Origin: Clostridiales bacterium
Lineage (GTDB): Bacteria > Bacillota > Clostridia > TANB77 > CAG-508
Direction of reading: 5' to 3'
Length of the DNA: 64,000 nt
NCBI GenBank assembly: GCA_003525075.1
Contig: DQFO01000014.1
Coordinates: forward strand, 64,032 to 128,031
Under the pieces are notes generated by a model. That model was not told the origin of the DNA and did no database searches. It was given only the letters and a program-made list of their open reading frames with translations. Made by a program: the position numbers and the translations under genes. Below are positions 46,754 to 58,130 of this stretch, piece by piece (the stretch's first letter is position 1; each line of letters starts with the position of its first letter).

Positions 46754-48097
46754 TTAGACAACCACTTTTTCACCTGTTTCAATATTATAATATTCTGTTA
46801 ATCTTTGTGGTTCAATTTTTAAGACATCTGTAAAGTTATATACATATTCTGGAATTCCGCCACCTTCATTTGCACTTCTATCATATTTTATTATTATAGG
46901 TTCAATTGTTGTCTCAAAATCATGTATTGTCATATCATAATAATTTCCCCACTCTGTTACAGATACTAAATTTTCATCAAGTGATTGTTCAAAAAATCCA
47001 TTTATTTCAATATAATAATTTAAAATATAAAAATTATTTGTATCTTGATTTGCTTTTACTTTTAAATCTGAAACTTCTCTTTCTATATCTTTTATTTTAT
47101 TTGATACTAATTGTTTTTCGAAATCACTACTATTATCCTCATCCCATAAAACTGAAATCTCTATAAAATAATTTTTCTCATTTTGATAATTTGTATAATA
47201 ATAAAAATCGTTTAATGTCCTATCTGTTAATGTATATAAATTTTTATATCCTATGTTATTTGATTTATATAATGATTCACTTGATAAATACTTATTATAA
47301 ATATTTATGTAGTCAGCCCATTCTTCAAATGAAACTGGTATATATATTTCATCATATACTATCATAATTGCTGATGGAGTACAATAAAAGTCTGTTATTT
47401 TTCCATTTTTATATTGTTCTATAAAATCTGCAACATCTTCTTCTATATTTCCATAATCATTAACTTGTAAATCTCCACTTAAATTCATCTCAGCTCTATT
47501 TGACACAAATCCATAATATGCTGATTTTCTTAATATTTCAGTTATTGGAGCATTCGTTGTAAATAAATCTTCTAACTTTATTAAATTTCCTGTATTTAGG
47601 TCATATGTAAATCCTTTTTGAACATTTATCAAATCATCACTATCATCATTTATTTTTCCCCAAGAAAATGAAGAAAAAGAAAGTATGTTACTAAAATTAG
47701 CTGTCTCATATAAACTTATTGAAGCATTTACAACTTTATCTAAATCAATGTTTTCTTTATATCCATTTAGAGCTTCAATTTCAATTTCTTTATTTATCTT
47801 ATCTTGAATTTTTTGATCTTTTAAACCATCTATCTGAAAGTATGTTATTTCAACTCTTTCTTTTGTTACTCTTTTTTCTACAATTTTTAAATCATTTTGA
47901 TTATATTTTCCTTTTAAATCAATTCCTTTTTCATTTGTTGACTCATTGGCTTTTGTTTCTTCTGTTTTGGATGTTTCTTCTGAATTATCATATTTTATAT
48001 CAATTCTTTTATACATAACTAATATTGATGTTATTATTATACAAATAACAGAAAATATAACAACAAAGATCAATTTTCCTTTAATAGTTTTGAACAT
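46754..48097 (-). CDS. Hypothetical membrane-anchored protein (possibly DUF3298/DUF4163-like)
   Basis: The likely start is MFKTIKG at 48097, with AAGGAGG 6 nt upstream; the ORF track extends to 48127. It has an N-terminal TM helix. ITYFQIDGLKDQKIQDKINKEIE resembles DUF4163-type modules, but this is a weak call. Confidence 0.45.
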   Translation of the reverse strand: MFKTIKGKLIFVVIFSVICIIITSILVMYKRIDIKYDNSEETSKTEETKANESTNEKGIDLKGKYNQNDLKIVEKRVTKERVEITYFQIDGLKDQKIQDKINKEIEIEALNGYKENIDLDKVVNASISLYETANFSNILSFSSFSWGKINDDSDDLINVQKGFTYDLNTGNLIKLEDLFTTNAPITEILRKSAYYGFVSNRAEMNLSGDLQVNDYGNIEEDVADFIEQYKNGKITDFYCTPSAIMIVYDEIYIPVSFEEWADYINIYNKYLSSESLYKSNNIGYKNLYTLTDRTLNDFYYYTNYQNEKNYFIEISVLWDEDNSSDFEKQLVSNKIKDIEREVSDLKVKANQDTNNFYILNYYIEINGFFEQSLDENLVSVTEWGNYYDMTIHDFETTIEPIIIKYDRSANEGGGIPEYVYNFTDVLKIEPQRLTEYYNIETGEKVVV

Positions 48098-48998
48098 ATC
48101 CTGCCTCCTTAGCAACTTTTTGACCATATGTTGATATCATCGCATTTAATAATTTTCTAGCATTACTATTTTCTGGCTCGTCTTTTCTTATTACAGCATA
48201 ATATGCTGTTTGGATATTATATAAACCTGTTTTTATATTATCATAAGTTGGTTCTATTCCATTTACAGATAAAAGTTTTATTTTGTCTTTTGAATACATT
48301 GTTGTAATATAATAATAATATGAATATCCTATAGCATTCTCTTTATTTTGATAATCTGAAACTACATCAACTATATCTACCATAGATTGTGCAACTGTTT
48401 CTTTTTCAGGTTCTTTCATTTTTATTCCTTGCATTACAAGTGATAACATTCCAGACTGACTTCCAGAATTTTGTGGTCTTTGATATGCTAATATTTGAGC
48501 ATCTGTTCCTCCAACTTCTTTCCAATTAGTTACTTTTCCTGAATATATATCTTGAATTTGATTTAATGTTAAATTATCTATTGAATTTTCCTTATTAACA
48601 AAAAATACAAAGGCTTCTTTTACAACTGGTACAATTTCTAATTCTACCCCTGCATCTTTTGCAAGTTGTTGTTCTTCTTCAGATGGATATGTTACTAATA
48701 TTAAATCTGATTTTTTATTTATTAAATTAACATATGCATTATGTGTTTTAGAATGTGTAACATCAACATTTTCAATATCTGTTCCTGTAAATGCTGATTT
48801 ATATGCTTGTGCTAAAGGTAATGTAGCTGTTGAACCATCTATTTTAGGATAATTTTCCATTGTAAAAATTGGATCTTGATTTTTATCTTTCTTTTCCCAT
48901 GCATGTGTAAAATATAAATATGCAACAATACATCCCACAACAACTAATATCATTATAACAATCAATAATATATTTATAGTTTTATTTTCTTTTTCCAT
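48081..48998 (-). CDS. PstS-like periplasmic-binding-protein family lipoprotein
   Basis: Lipobox-like LVVVGC. DGSTATLPLAQAY and YQRPQNSGSQ are typical of the PBP-like_2 (phosphate-binding) fold. Confidence 0.65.
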   Translation of the reverse strand: MEKENKTINILLIVIMILVVVGCIVAYLYFTHAWEKKDKNQDPIFTMENYPKIDGSTATLPLAQAYKSAFTGTDIENVDVTHSKTHNAYVNLINKKSDLILVTYPSEEEQQLAKDAGVELEIVPVVKEAFVFFVNKENSIDNLTLNQIQDIYSGKVTNWKEVGGTDAQILAYQRPQNSGSQSGMLSLVMQGIKMKEPEKETVAQSMVDIVDVVSDYQNKENAIGYSYYYYITTMYSKDKIKLLSVNGIEPTYDNIKTGLYNIQTAYYAVIRKDEPENSNARKLLNAMISTYGQKVAKEAGYVQNY

Positions 48999-49006
48999 AG
49001 TTTCTT

Positions 49007-50068
49007 TTATTCCTTTTCATCTAAAAATTCTGGATATTTTTCTAATATTTCTAGTTTGAATTTTCCTTCTTTCATTTTTTCATCTTGTTCAATTATTAAA
49101 TCTAATTCATATACATCTTTCAATTTTTGAATATTTTCCCTTTTATGTCCAACAACATTATTTACATCTTTAGGATTAATTATAATTTTTACCCTTTTTA
49201 CCTTAGTATTCATTTCTTTTATTCTTTTTAATATATCATCATACCATAAATTTGCTTCTACTAATTGTCTAAATGCTGGATGATATGGACCTGCAACTAC
49301 TTCACTTCCTTTTACAGATGGATCTGTTATTTCATCTGTATTTTGAAGTCCTATTCTAATTATATCTATTCCTTTTTCTCTAAATATTGGTACAATCTCT
49401 TTACATGTTTCTACAGCTTGTACAACTGTTAATGGCTTATATTTTCCTTCTAAATAATCTTTTTCAAGTTTTGTATTATGTATTACTAACACAGGATAAA
49501 TTCTTACCATTTTTGGTTTTAATTTAATTAATTCTTTTGCTGTATTTATTTCATCTAATCTAGTACTTTCTGGCAAACCTACCATCATTTGATGTCCTAG
49601 ATAAAATCCATACCATCTGATTAATTTTGATGCTTTTTTTACATCTTCAAATGTATGCCCTCTGTGACTTTGTTTTAATATATAATCATTTGCAGATTGA
49701 ACTCCTAATTCTATTGTTCTTACTTTATATTTCTTCAATCTTTTTAATATATCTTTATTTATATAATCAGGTCTTGTTGAAACTCTTATACTATCTATTC
49801 TTCCATCTTTTATAAATTTATATGCTGTTTGTAGAAATTCTTCTTGTTTGTCTACATCAATTCCAGTAAAACTTCCACCAAAAAATGCAACTTCTTTTTT
49901 TGCTTCTTTATCTTTTATGTTCTCTAAATAAAAATTAATTGTTTTTATTATATCTTCTTTTGTTATCATTTTTTGTTGACCACTTATTGATTTCTGATTA
50001 CAAAATACACAATCATTTGGACATCCTAAATGTGGTACAAATATTGGAATTATATAACGTTTTTTCAT
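49007..50068 (-). CDS. ELP3-like radical SAM protein
   Basis: The CPNDCVFCNQ (CxxxCxxC) cluster sits near the N-terminus in IPIFVPHLGCPNDCVFCNQ. 353 aa. Located downstream of rnc. Confidence 0.75.
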   Translation of the reverse strand: MKKRYIIPIFVPHLGCPNDCVFCNQKSISGQQKMITKEDIIKTINFYLENIKDKEAKKEVAFFGGSFTGIDVDKQEEFLQTAYKFIKDGRIDSIRVSTRPDYINKDILKRLKKYKVRTIELGVQSANDYILKQSHRGHTFEDVKKASKLIRWYGFYLGHQMMVGLPESTRLDEINTAKELIKLKPKMVRIYPVLVIHNTKLEKDYLEGKYKPLTVVQAVETCKEIVPIFREKGIDIIRIGLQNTDEITDPSVKGSEVVAGPYHPAFRQLVEANLWYDDILKRIKEMNTKVKRVKIIINPKDVNNVVGHKRENIQKLKDVYELDLIIEQDEKMKEGKFKLEILEKYPEFLDEKE

Positions 50069-50102
50069 ATTTTTAATTCCTTTCTTACATTATATATTTA
50101 TT

Positions 50103-50771
50103 TTATTTTAAGATTTCAAGAGCTTTTCTTGCAGCTTCCATTTCTGCAATTTTTTTAGATTTTCCTTCACCTATTGCAAGTTTTTTTCCATTCCATTCTA
50201 CTTGTGATACAAATATTTTTGCATGGTCTGGTCCTTTTTCATCTATTATTTCATATTTTATGCTTGTTGTTCCATGTGCTTGTAGTTTTTCTTGAAGTAC
50301 TGTTTTATAATCTTTTTGTCCAACATGTTTTGTTGCAACTTCAATTTCGTTTTTTAAATTATCTATAATAAATCTTTGAGCTTCTTCTAAATTACTATCT
50401 AAGTACATTGCTGCAATTACTGCTTCAACACTGTCTGCTAAAATGGCCTTTCTAATTTGCTCTTTTCCTTTTATTTCTGAATTTCCTAAATATAAAAATT
50501 CATTAAATTTTAGTCTTGTTGCTATTTTATACAAACTATCTTCACATACTACTGTTGCTCTTACTTTTGTCATCTCCCCTTCTTTTAATGTTGGATAATT
50601 TTGATATATATATATACTTGATATGAATTCTAATATGCTATCACCTAAAAATTCTAGTTTTTCATTACTTTGAACTCCTTTTTCATAAGCATATGATGTA
50701 TGTGTTAATGCTCTTTTTAGTAATTCTTTATTTTTAAATGTATATCCTATATTTTCTTCTAAACTCTTCAT
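50103..50771 (-). CDS. rnc: Ribonuclease III
   Basis: RNase III signature NEKLEFLGDSILE and a C-terminal dsRBD (GEGKSKKIAEMEAARKAL). Confidence 0.95.
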   Translation of the reverse strand: MKSLEENIGYTFKNKELLKRALTHTSYAYEKGVQSNEKLEFLGDSILEFISSIYIYQNYPTLKEGEMTKVRATVVCEDSLYKIATRLKFNEFLYLGNSEIKGKEQIRKAILADSVEAVIAAMYLDSNLEEAQRFIIDNLKNEIEVATKHVGQKDYKTVLQEKLQAHGTTSIKYEIIDEKGPDHAKIFVSQVEWNGKKLAIGEGKSKKIAEMEAARKALEILK

Positions 50772-50845
50772 GATTTATTTAACTTACCTCTTTTTTCCAT
50801 TATTATATGTTTCTATTTTACTATATCAAATAAAAAAATGCAATA

Positions 50846-50997
50846 AGAAAAGTGACTTTGTCAACTTTTCTTAACACGATTTGAGTTTTCTACTTGTAGT
50901 AGAAAATCTCAAAGGGAATAGCGATTGGAGCATCATTTTATTATGCAAAAATTATAAATTTTTGCATAATAAAAAGGACATGTTTTTTAACATGCCT
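50846..50997 (-). promoter_or_regulatory. Cluster of four stem-loops between acpP and rnc (acpP terminator plus possible rnc leader structures)
   Basis: The hairpins are at 50975-50997 (weak, with a U-run: the acpP terminator), 50938-50972 (16-bp perfect AU-rich stem), 50880-50913 (14/15 bp) and 50846-50871 (11 bp with a bulge). Confidence 0.5.
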
Positions 50998-51011
50998 ATC
51001 TTTTGTTTTTA

Positions 51012-51251
51012 TTATACATTTTCTTTTATGTAATCTACTACATCTCCAACTGTAACAACTTTTTCTGCATCAGCGTCTGGAATTTCTATATCAAATTCTT
51101 CTTCTAATGCCATAACTAATTCTACTATATCTAAAGAATCAGCACCTAAGTCATCAATGAAAGATGCTTCTAATGTAACTGCTGTATCAGCTACACCTAA
51201 TTGTTCAACAATTATTCCTTTTACTTTTTCAAATACTTCTTCTGAACTCAC
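51012..51251 (-). CDS. acpP: Acyl carrier protein
   Basis: [19 protein letters not shown] (phosphopantetheine Ser). The likely GTG start at 51251 ([10 protein letters not shown]) lies 7 nt after GAGAGGGGGTGA. The ORF track extends to 51272. Confidence 0.9.
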   Translation of the reverse strand: MSSEEVFEKVKGIIVEQLGVADTAVTLEASFIDDLGADSLDIVELVMALEEEFDIEIPDADAEKVVTVGDVVDYIKENV

Positions 51252-51390
51252 TACAAGTTCACCCCCTCTCAATTTTAAATGATATATTTCATTTAATTTT
51301 CAAATGTTTCTTTAACATTTATATTATATGTTTATTATTTTGTCAAGCATATTTGGATTTTTTTTATTTTTTATACTAACCATTCAATAT

Positions 51391-52416
51391 TTAAGCTTTA
51401 TTAATTTGTTCAAAGTGCTCTATCATCTTATCTACAGCTTTATTTTCAACAAATTTTTCAGCTTGTTTTATTGTAAATTCAAATAGTTTTTCATCACTAC
51501 TTCCATGTGCTTTTACAACTGGCTTTTTTACTCCTAAGAATAATGCTCCTCCATATGATTTATAATCCATTGTCTTTTTAAATCTATTAATTGCTGGCAA
51601 ACATGGTATTGTTCCAATTTTAGCAAATATATTTTGTGTTAGACTTTCTGATAAAGTTCTTTTTACAAATTTTCCAAGTCCTTCTGTTGTTTTCAAAAAT
51701 ACATTTCCTGTAAATCCATCTGTTACTATTGCATCAACTTTTCCTGAAAATGCATCTCTTCCTTCAACATTTCCTATAAAGTTTATTCCTAATTCCTTTG
51801 ATTTTTCTTTTAATAACTGATAACTTTCTTTTACTAACTCATTTCCTTTTGTTTCTTCTGTTCCTATATTTAATAAACCTACTGCTGGTTTTTCAATTCC
51901 AAATGTGTTTCTTAAATATATTGTTGACATTTGAGCAAATTGTAATAAGTTAATTGGTTTACAATTTGTATTTGATCCTGAGTCTATTAATAATAATTGG
52001 CTTTTATATGCTGGTAATATTCCTGCTAATGCTGGTCTATCTATTCCTTTTATTCTTCCAACAATTAATGTTGCTCCTGCAAGCAATGCTCCTGAATTTC
52101 CAGCAGATATGAATACATCACCTTCGTTTTCTTTTAGCATTTTAAATCCAACTACCATTGATGAATCTTTTTTGTGTCTGATTGCATCTGTTGGTCCATC
52201 TTCCATTTCAATTGTTTCTGTTGCATTTTTTATTTTTAGTCTATCTGATACTTCTTCAATTTCTTTTCCTGTAAATTCTTTTACTTTGTTTCTTATTACT
52301 TCTTCTTTTCCTACTAATGTTATTGTTGCTTTTATTTGATTAACTGCTTTTAATGCTCCTTTTATATTGGCATCTGGTGCATTGTCTCCTCCCATTGCGT
52401 CTAGTAATATATTCAT
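51391..52416 (-). CDS. plsX: Phosphate acyltransferase PlsX
   Basis: MNILLDAMGGDNAP start and the GNVEGRD and DGFTGNV motifs. 341 aa. Confidence 0.95.
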   Translation of the reverse strand: MNILLDAMGGDNAPDANIKGALKAVNQIKATITLVGKEEVIRNKVKEFTGKEIEEVSDRLKIKNATETIEMEDGPTDAIRHKKDSSMVVGFKMLKENEGDVFISAGNSGALLAGATLIVGRIKGIDRPALAGILPAYKSQLLLIDSGSNTNCKPINLLQFAQMSTIYLRNTFGIEKPAVGLLNIGTEETKGNELVKESYQLLKEKSKELGINFIGNVEGRDAFSGKVDAIVTDGFTGNVFLKTTEGLGKFVKRTLSESLTQNIFAKIGTIPCLPAINRFKKTMDYKSYGGALFLGVKKPVVKAHGSSDEKLFEFTIKQAEKFVENKAVDKMIEHFEQINKA

Positions 52417-52559
52417 TGTTTCATTTCCTTTCTTATTATGTTTGTTATATTTTGCTATTATTCTTATTCATGATGTTTCTATTTTATTATTGTTTTATTA
52501 AAATTGCAATAGTAATCAATAAAAAACCATAGAAATTTATATTTCTATGGTTTTTTGTT

Positions 52560-53693
52560 TTATCTTTCTTCGTCTTGTTCTTCATCCGTTTTAAAAGTTA
52601 ATTCAAAGTCTTCTTGTTCCTTATCCTGTATTAGCTGTTCTTGTTGATGTTGTTCCCCTTCTTTTGCTTGTTCATTATCTTCTTGACACTCTTTCTTTAC
52701 TTTTTCTCTATATTCCTTTGATTTATCAATAACTTCTGAATTTTCTTCTACTTTTTCATCTTTTTTATTTTTAGAAAAAATATTAGAAATTTTACTTCCT
52801 AAATTTTTAAATACTTCTGCTAATTTAGAATTTTTTATTTTTGTAACAATATTTTCTTTTTTTATTATTGCTGGTAAATTATTTCCCTGGTCTTTTACAG
52901 TTTTATCATTTTCTTCAATTTCTTTAACAGATATCATTCTTTCTTTTAATTGTCTTTTTAATTCATCTTGCTTTTTTACTGCATCTTTCCCACCAATTAT
53001 TCCTGATACCATCAAAGATTGCTGTGTTTCGATAAGTTCCTTTAACTTACCTATTTCTTTATCATCTTTTTCAACATCTTCTATTACTTTTTCCCATTTA
53101 TCTATATCAGTTTTAGAAACTCTTTTTAATTCAGAAATTTTATTTTCATTATTAACTAATTGTTCTCCATACTTTTCACCAACAATTCTTCCAGAAGCAA
53201 ACATTGCTCTATGATTTTCAACCATTTCCTTAGTTTCATCATATCTTTTATTTATCTCTGGTGCAGATTTTATTTTCTCTTTATATGCTATTGCCAATTC
53301 TCTCTTATAAGCCATAATTTTATTATGAGGAATTTCCCTCATACTAGCTAATTCTTTTTTATATTCTTCTATTTGTTTGAAATATCCCTCTGATACTTGT
53401 CTTCCAGATATAACCATTGCATTATGTGATTCAATTAATTCTGACAATTCATTTATTCTATTATTATTTTTTTCATATTCATCTAGTTTTTTCTCGTATT
53501 CATTTACTTTATCATCTATCTGTTTTTCACTTATAACAGACATACTAGAATATTTCTCTTTCATAGATTTCAATTGTTCAAAATACATCTCTCCTACTTT
53601 TTTTCCTGAAGCAATTACAGCATTATGATTTGCAATTTCCTCTTCTAAATCTTTTACGTTTTTATTATTTTCATACATTTCTGATATTGTCAT
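52560..53693 (-). CDS. Hypothetical coiled-coil protein with four internal ~70-aa repeats and an acidic tail
   Basis: The repeat cores are HNAVIASGKKVGEMYFEQL, HNAMVISGRQVSEGYFKQI, HRAMFASGRIVGEKYGEQL and QQSLMVSGIIGGKDAVKKQ. Confidence 0.55.
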   Translation of the reverse strand: MTISEMYENNKNVKDLEEEIANHNAVIASGKKVGEMYFEQLKSMKEKYSSMSVISEKQIDDKVNEYEKKLDEYEKNNNRINELSELIESHNAMVISGRQVSEGYFKQIEEYKKELASMREIPHNKIMAYKRELAIAYKEKIKSAPEINKRYDETKEMVENHRAMFASGRIVGEKYGEQLVNNENKISELKRVSKTDIDKWEKVIEDVEKDDKEIGKLKELIETQQSLMVSGIIGGKDAVKKQDELKRQLKERMISVKEIEENDKTVKDQGNNLPAIIKKENIVTKIKNSKLAEVFKNLGSKISNIFSKNKKDEKVEENSEVIDKSKEYREKVKKECQEDNEQAKEGEQHQQEQLIQDKEQEDFELTFKTDEEQDEER

Positions 53694-53930
53694 ATAAAAT
53701 CATCCTTTCTTTACATAAAATTACAGCAACTAGTTTTATTTTAGCACAATTTAGCATAATTGTCAACTTTATGTAAATTAAACTAGTATCATCTAAACTA
53801 CCATAATTATAACTTATACAATAAAAAAAGTATATTTCAATATCATTAAATTTTCATTACAATTTTATTACAATTTTCATGCTTTTTTGATATATGACAA
53901 TTTTGTCTATATTAGGTACTTGTTTCCGAA

Positions 53931-53969
53931 TACAAAAAGAACTATGAAAAATTCATAGTTCTTTTTGTA
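53931..53969 (-). terminator. Terminator hairpin after tuf
   Basis: 18-bp perfect inverted repeat tacaaaaagaactatgaa (53931-53948) / ttcatagttctttttgta (53952-53969), 13 nt after the tuf stop. Confidence 0.65.
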
Positions 53970-53981
53970 TTTATTCAAATA

Positions 53982-55184
53982 TTATTCAATTATATCAGCA
54001 ACAACACCTGAACCAACTGTTCTACCACCTTCACGAATAGCGAATCTTAATCCCTTTTCGATAGCGATAGGTGTAATTAATTCAATTGTCATTGATACGT
54101 TATCACCTGGCATAACCATTTCTGTTCCAGCAGGTAATTCAATAACACCTGTTACGTCTGTTGTTCTGAAATAGAATTGTGGTCTGTATCCGTTGAAGAA
54201 TGGTGTATGACGTCCACCTTCTTCTTTTGTTAGAACGTATACTTCTGATGTGAATTTTGTATGTGGATGTATTGTTCCTGGTTTACATAGTACTTGACCT
54301 CTTTCGATGTCTTTTCTATCAATACCTCTTAATAATGTTCCGATATTATCTCCAGCTTCAGCTTGGTCTAATAATTTTCTGAACATTTCAACACCTGTTA
54401 CAACTGTTTTCTTTCTTTCTTGTGATAATCCTATGATTTCAACTTCGTCAGAAACTTTAACTTCTCCTCTTTCTACTCTACCTGTAGCAACTGTACCACG
54501 TCCTGTGATTGTGAATACATCTTCAACTGGCATTAAGAATGGTTGGTCAATTGGTCTTTGTGGTGTTGGGATATAGCTATCAACTGCATCCATTAATTCT
54601 TTCATTGGAGCATAAACTGGATCGTTAGGATCTGTTGATGTGCTCTCTAATACTTTTAATGATGATCCTTTTACAACTGGAATTTCGTCTCCTGGGAAAC
54701 CATATTCTGTTAATAAGTCTCTAACTTCCATTTCAACTAATTCTAATAATTCTGGATCGTCAACCATATCACATTTATTTAAGTAAACAACGATGTATTT
54801 TACACCTACTTGTCTAGCTAATAAGATGTGTTCTCTTGTTTGTGGCATTGGTCCATCAGCTGCAGAAACAACTAATATTGCACCATCCATTTGTGCAGCA
54901 CCTGTGATCATGTTCTTTACATAGTCAGCATGTCCTGGGCAGTCAACGTGAGCATAGTGTCTTGTATCTGTTTCATATTCAACGTGAGCTGTATTAATTG
55001 TGATTCCTCTTGCTTTTTCTTCTGGTGCTCCATCGATTTGATCATAAGCTTCGAATTTAGCTTGACCTTTTAATGATAAATATTTTGTAATAGCAGCTGT
55101 TGTTGTTGTTTTTCCATGGTCTACGTGTCCGATAGTACCGATGTTAACGTGTGGCTTTGTTCTTTCAAATTTTGCTTTTGCCAT
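53982..55184 (-). CDS. tuf: Elongation factor Tu
   Basis: 400 aa. [17 protein letters not shown] and NKCD motifs, with full-length conservation. Confidence 0.98.
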   Translation of the reverse strand: MAKAKFERTKPHVNIGTIGHVDHGKTTTTAAITKYLSLKGQAKFEAYDQIDGAPEEKARGITINTAHVEYETDTRHYAHVDCPGHADYVKNMITGAAQMDGAILVVSAADGPMPQTREHILLARQVGVKYIVVYLNKCDMVDDPELLELVEMEVRDLLTEYGFPGDEIPVVKGSSLKVLESTSTDPNDPVYAPMKELMDAVDSYIPTPQRPIDQPFLMPVEDVFTITGRGTVATGRVERGEVKVSDEVEIIGLSQERKKTVVTGVEMFRKLLDQAEAGDNIGTLLRGIDRKDIERGQVLCKPGTIHPHTKFTSEVYVLTKEEGGRHTPFFNGYRPQFYFRTTDVTGVIELPAGTEMVMPGDNVSMTIELITPIAIEKGLRFAIREGGRTVGSGVVADIIE

Positions 55185-55328
55185 TTTTTATTCCTCCTTA
55201 TTTTTTTGAGATTTCTCTCTATATTTTAAATTTAATAACGTATTTTATTTTGCACTTGCATTTTATAACATTTCAGCCTAAAATGCAAGCGTTTTTACAA
55301 AATTCACATATTTCTTTATTTTAGTGTA

Positions 55329-57413
55329 TTAGTTTTCTTTCTTAGCTCTTGAAGCTACGATTGCTTCTAATACTGATTTTGGAACTTCTTCATAATGAGA
55401 TGGTTCCATAGAGTATGTTCCTCTACCTTGTGTTTTTGAACGTAAGTCTGTAGCATAACCAAACATTTCTGATAATGGTATGAATGCTTTTATTTCTTGC
55501 ATTCCATCATTTGCTTCCATTCCTTCCATTCTACCACGTCTTGAGTTTACATCTCCAATAACATCTCCCATGTATTCTTCTGGAACTGTTATTTCTACTT
55601 TCATTATTGGCTCTAATAGAACTGACTTAGCTTGTTTACATCCTTCTTTGAATGCCATTGATGCAGCTATTTTGAATGCCATTTCTGAAGAGTCAACTTC
55701 ATGGTATGATCCATCTACTAATGATGCTTTGAAATCGATTACTGGATATCCAGCTAAAATTCCTGTTTCAGCAGCTTCTCTTAAACCTTGTTCAATTGGT
55801 TTAATATATTCTTTTGGAACTGCTCCACCAACAATTTTACTTTCGAATTCAACACCTTTACCTGGCTCTAATGGTTCCATTTCAAACCATACGTCTCCGT
55901 ATTGTCCTTTACCACCAGATTGACGGATAAATTTACCTTGAACTTTAACTTTATTTCTTATTGTTTCTTTGTAAGCAACTTGTGGTTTACCTACATTACA
56001 TTCTACTTTGAATTCTCTCTTTAATCTATCAACAATGATATCTAGGTGTAATTCACCCATACCAGCAATGATTGTTTGACCTGTTTCTTGATTTGTATAA
56101 GCTTTGAATGTTGGGTCTTCTTCAGCTAATTTTGCTAAAGCTATTCCCATTTTTTCTTGAGCAGCTTTATCTTTTGGTTCAATAGCTATATCAATAACTG
56201 GTTCTGGGAATTCCATTGATTCTAGAATTATTGGATGTTCAGGATCACATAATGTATTTCCTGTTGTAACATCTTTTAATCCAACTGCAGCAGCAATATC
56301 ACCAGCATATACTTTTTCAATATCTTCTCTGTGATTTGAGTGCATTTGTAGAATTCTTCCAATTCTTTCTTTTTTATCTTTACTTGAATTTAAAACTGTA
56401 GATCCTGTTTCTAATGTTCCTGAATATACTCTAAAGAAACATAATTTTCCTACAAATGGATCTGTTGCAATTTTAAATGCTAATGCAGCAAATGGTTCTG
56501 AATCAGATGTTTTAGCTTCTGTTTCAACACCATCTAATGTTGTTCCTTTGATATGTGGTATATCTAATGGAGATGGCATATAGTCAACTATTGCATTTAA
56601 TAATTCTTGTACACCTTTGTTTTTATATGAAGAACCACATGTTACTGGAACGATTTGATTTGCTATTGTTCCTTTTCTTAATGCTTTTTTGATTTCTTCT
56701 TCAGATGGTTCTTTTCCATCTAAATAATTCATCATTAATTCTTCATCTTGTTCACATGCAGCTTCAATCATTGTAGTTCTCCATTTTTTAGCTTCTTCTA
56801 ACATATCTTCTGGAATATCTGTTTCTTCAATTTCTTTTCCTAAATCATCTTTATGAATGAATGCTCTCATTTTAATTAAATCAACAATTCCTCTAAAGTG
56901 ATCTTCTGCTCCGATTGGTAATTGAACTGGTACTGGATTTGCATGTAATCTATTTTTTAATTGGTCAACGCAAAGCATAAAGTTTGCTCCAACGATGTCC
57001 ATTTTATTTACATATACCATTCTTGGAACTTGGTATTTATCAGCTTGTCTCCAAACTGTTTCTGTTTGTGGTTGAACTCCACCTTTTGCTGCTAATACTG
57101 TAACCGCACCATCAAGTACTCTTAGAGATCTTTGTACTTCTACTGTAAAGTCAACGTGACCTGGAGTATCAATTATATTGATTCTGTTATTTTTCCAGAA
57201 ACATGTTGTTGCAGCAGATGTTATTGTTATACCTCTTTCTTGTTCTTGTTCCATCCAGTCCATTGTTGCAGCACCCTCGTGAACTTCTCCTATTTTATGT
57301 GTTTTCCCTGTATAGAATAATATTCTCTCTGTTGTTGTTGTTTTACCAGCATCAATATGAGCCATTATTCCTATATTTCTAGTTCTTTCTAGTGGGTATG
57401 CTCTTCCTGCCAT
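55329..57413 (-). CDS. fusA: Elongation factor G
   Basis: 694 aa. [17 protein letters not shown] and NKMD. Located in the str operon. Confidence 0.98.
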   Translation of the reverse strand: MAGRAYPLERTRNIGIMAHIDAGKTTTTERILFYTGKTHKIGEVHEGAATMDWMEQEQERGITITSAATTCFWKNNRINIIDTPGHVDFTVEVQRSLRVLDGAVTVLAAKGGVQPQTETVWRQADKYQVPRMVYVNKMDIVGANFMLCVDQLKNRLHANPVPVQLPIGAEDHFRGIVDLIKMRAFIHKDDLGKEIEETDIPEDMLEEAKKWRTTMIEAACEQDEELMMNYLDGKEPSEEEIKKALRKGTIANQIVPVTCGSSYKNKGVQELLNAIVDYMPSPLDIPHIKGTTLDGVETEAKTSDSEPFAALAFKIATDPFVGKLCFFRVYSGTLETGSTVLNSSKDKKERIGRILQMHSNHREDIEKVYAGDIAAAVGLKDVTTGNTLCDPEHPIILESMEFPEPVIDIAIEPKDKAAQEKMGIALAKLAEEDPTFKAYTNQETGQTIIAGMGELHLDIIVDRLKREFKVECNVGKPQVAYKETIRNKVKVQGKFIRQSGGKGQYGDVWFEMEPLEPGKGVEFESKIVGGAVPKEYIKPIEQGLREAAETGILAGYPVIDFKASLVDGSYHEVDSSEMAFKIAASMAFKEGCKQAKSVLLEPIMKVEITVPEEYMGDVIGDVNSRRGRMEGMEANDGMQEIKAFIPLSEMFGYATDLRSKTQGRGTYSMEPSHYEEVPKSVLEAIVASRAKKEN

Positions 57414-57483
57414 GTAATTATTCCCTCCTTTTTTTCATTTTATGATTGAAATAATTGTTACACTTTTTTTCTCAATCTAAATT

Positions 57484-57954
57484 TTACCATTTATAATGTG
57501 CAAATGCTTTATTAGCTTCTGCCATTCTATGTGTATCTTCTTTCTTCTTAAATGCTCCACCGTTTCCATTAACAGCGTCCATGATTTCACCAGCTAATTT
57601 CTCAGCCATTGTTTTTTCATGTCTTGTTCTAGCATATGTTACTAACCATCTTAAACCTAATGTTTGTCTTCTTTCAGGTCTAATTTCTAATGGTACTTGG
57701 TATGTTGCTCCACCAACTCTTCTTGCTTTTACTTCAAGAACTGGCATGATGTTTTCTAATGCTGCTTCAAATACTTCTAATGGATTTTTTCCTTCTTTTT
57801 CTTTTATTATATCAAAAGCATCATAAACTATTCCTTGAGCAACTGATTTTTTACCATCTAACATTATGTTGTTAATTAATTTTGTAACAACTTTGCTATT
57901 GTATATTGGATCTGGTAATACATCTCTTTTTGCTATAAATCCTCTTCTTGGCAC
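57484..57954 (-). CDS. rpsG: 30S ribosomal protein S7
   Basis: [16 protein letters not shown] start (GTG start codon, AAGGAG upstream). 156 aa. Confidence 0.97.
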   Translation of the reverse strand: MPRRGFIAKRDVLPDPIYNSKVVTKLINNIMLDGKKSVAQGIVYDAFDIIKEKEGKNPLEVFEAALENIMPVLEVKARRVGGATYQVPLEIRPERRQTLGLRWLVTYARTRHEKTMAEKLAGEIMDAVNGNGGAFKKKEDTHRMAEANKAFAHYKW

Positions 57955-58130
57955 TATTCTTCACTCCTTTTCTTTCTGAGATTTGCTCTCTTATTGATGA
58001 TATCTATAAGATATCTAAGTTACTCTGAAAATCTATTGATTTTCCGTTTAGTGCTACATTATCTATTCTAAATTTAAGTACCTTAATTTAGTAAGATGTG
58101 CATGCACTATAAAATAAATCCTTTATCGAT

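Noticed and set aside
46528-46782. The 84-aa minus-strand ORF overlapping the yitT start and the upstream intergenic region. Also the same-strand alternate-frame ORFs 8976-9185 (inside the permease gene) and 63408-63641 (inside clpE).
   Set aside because: They overlap well-supported genes in other frames, lack an RBS and have implausible sequences.
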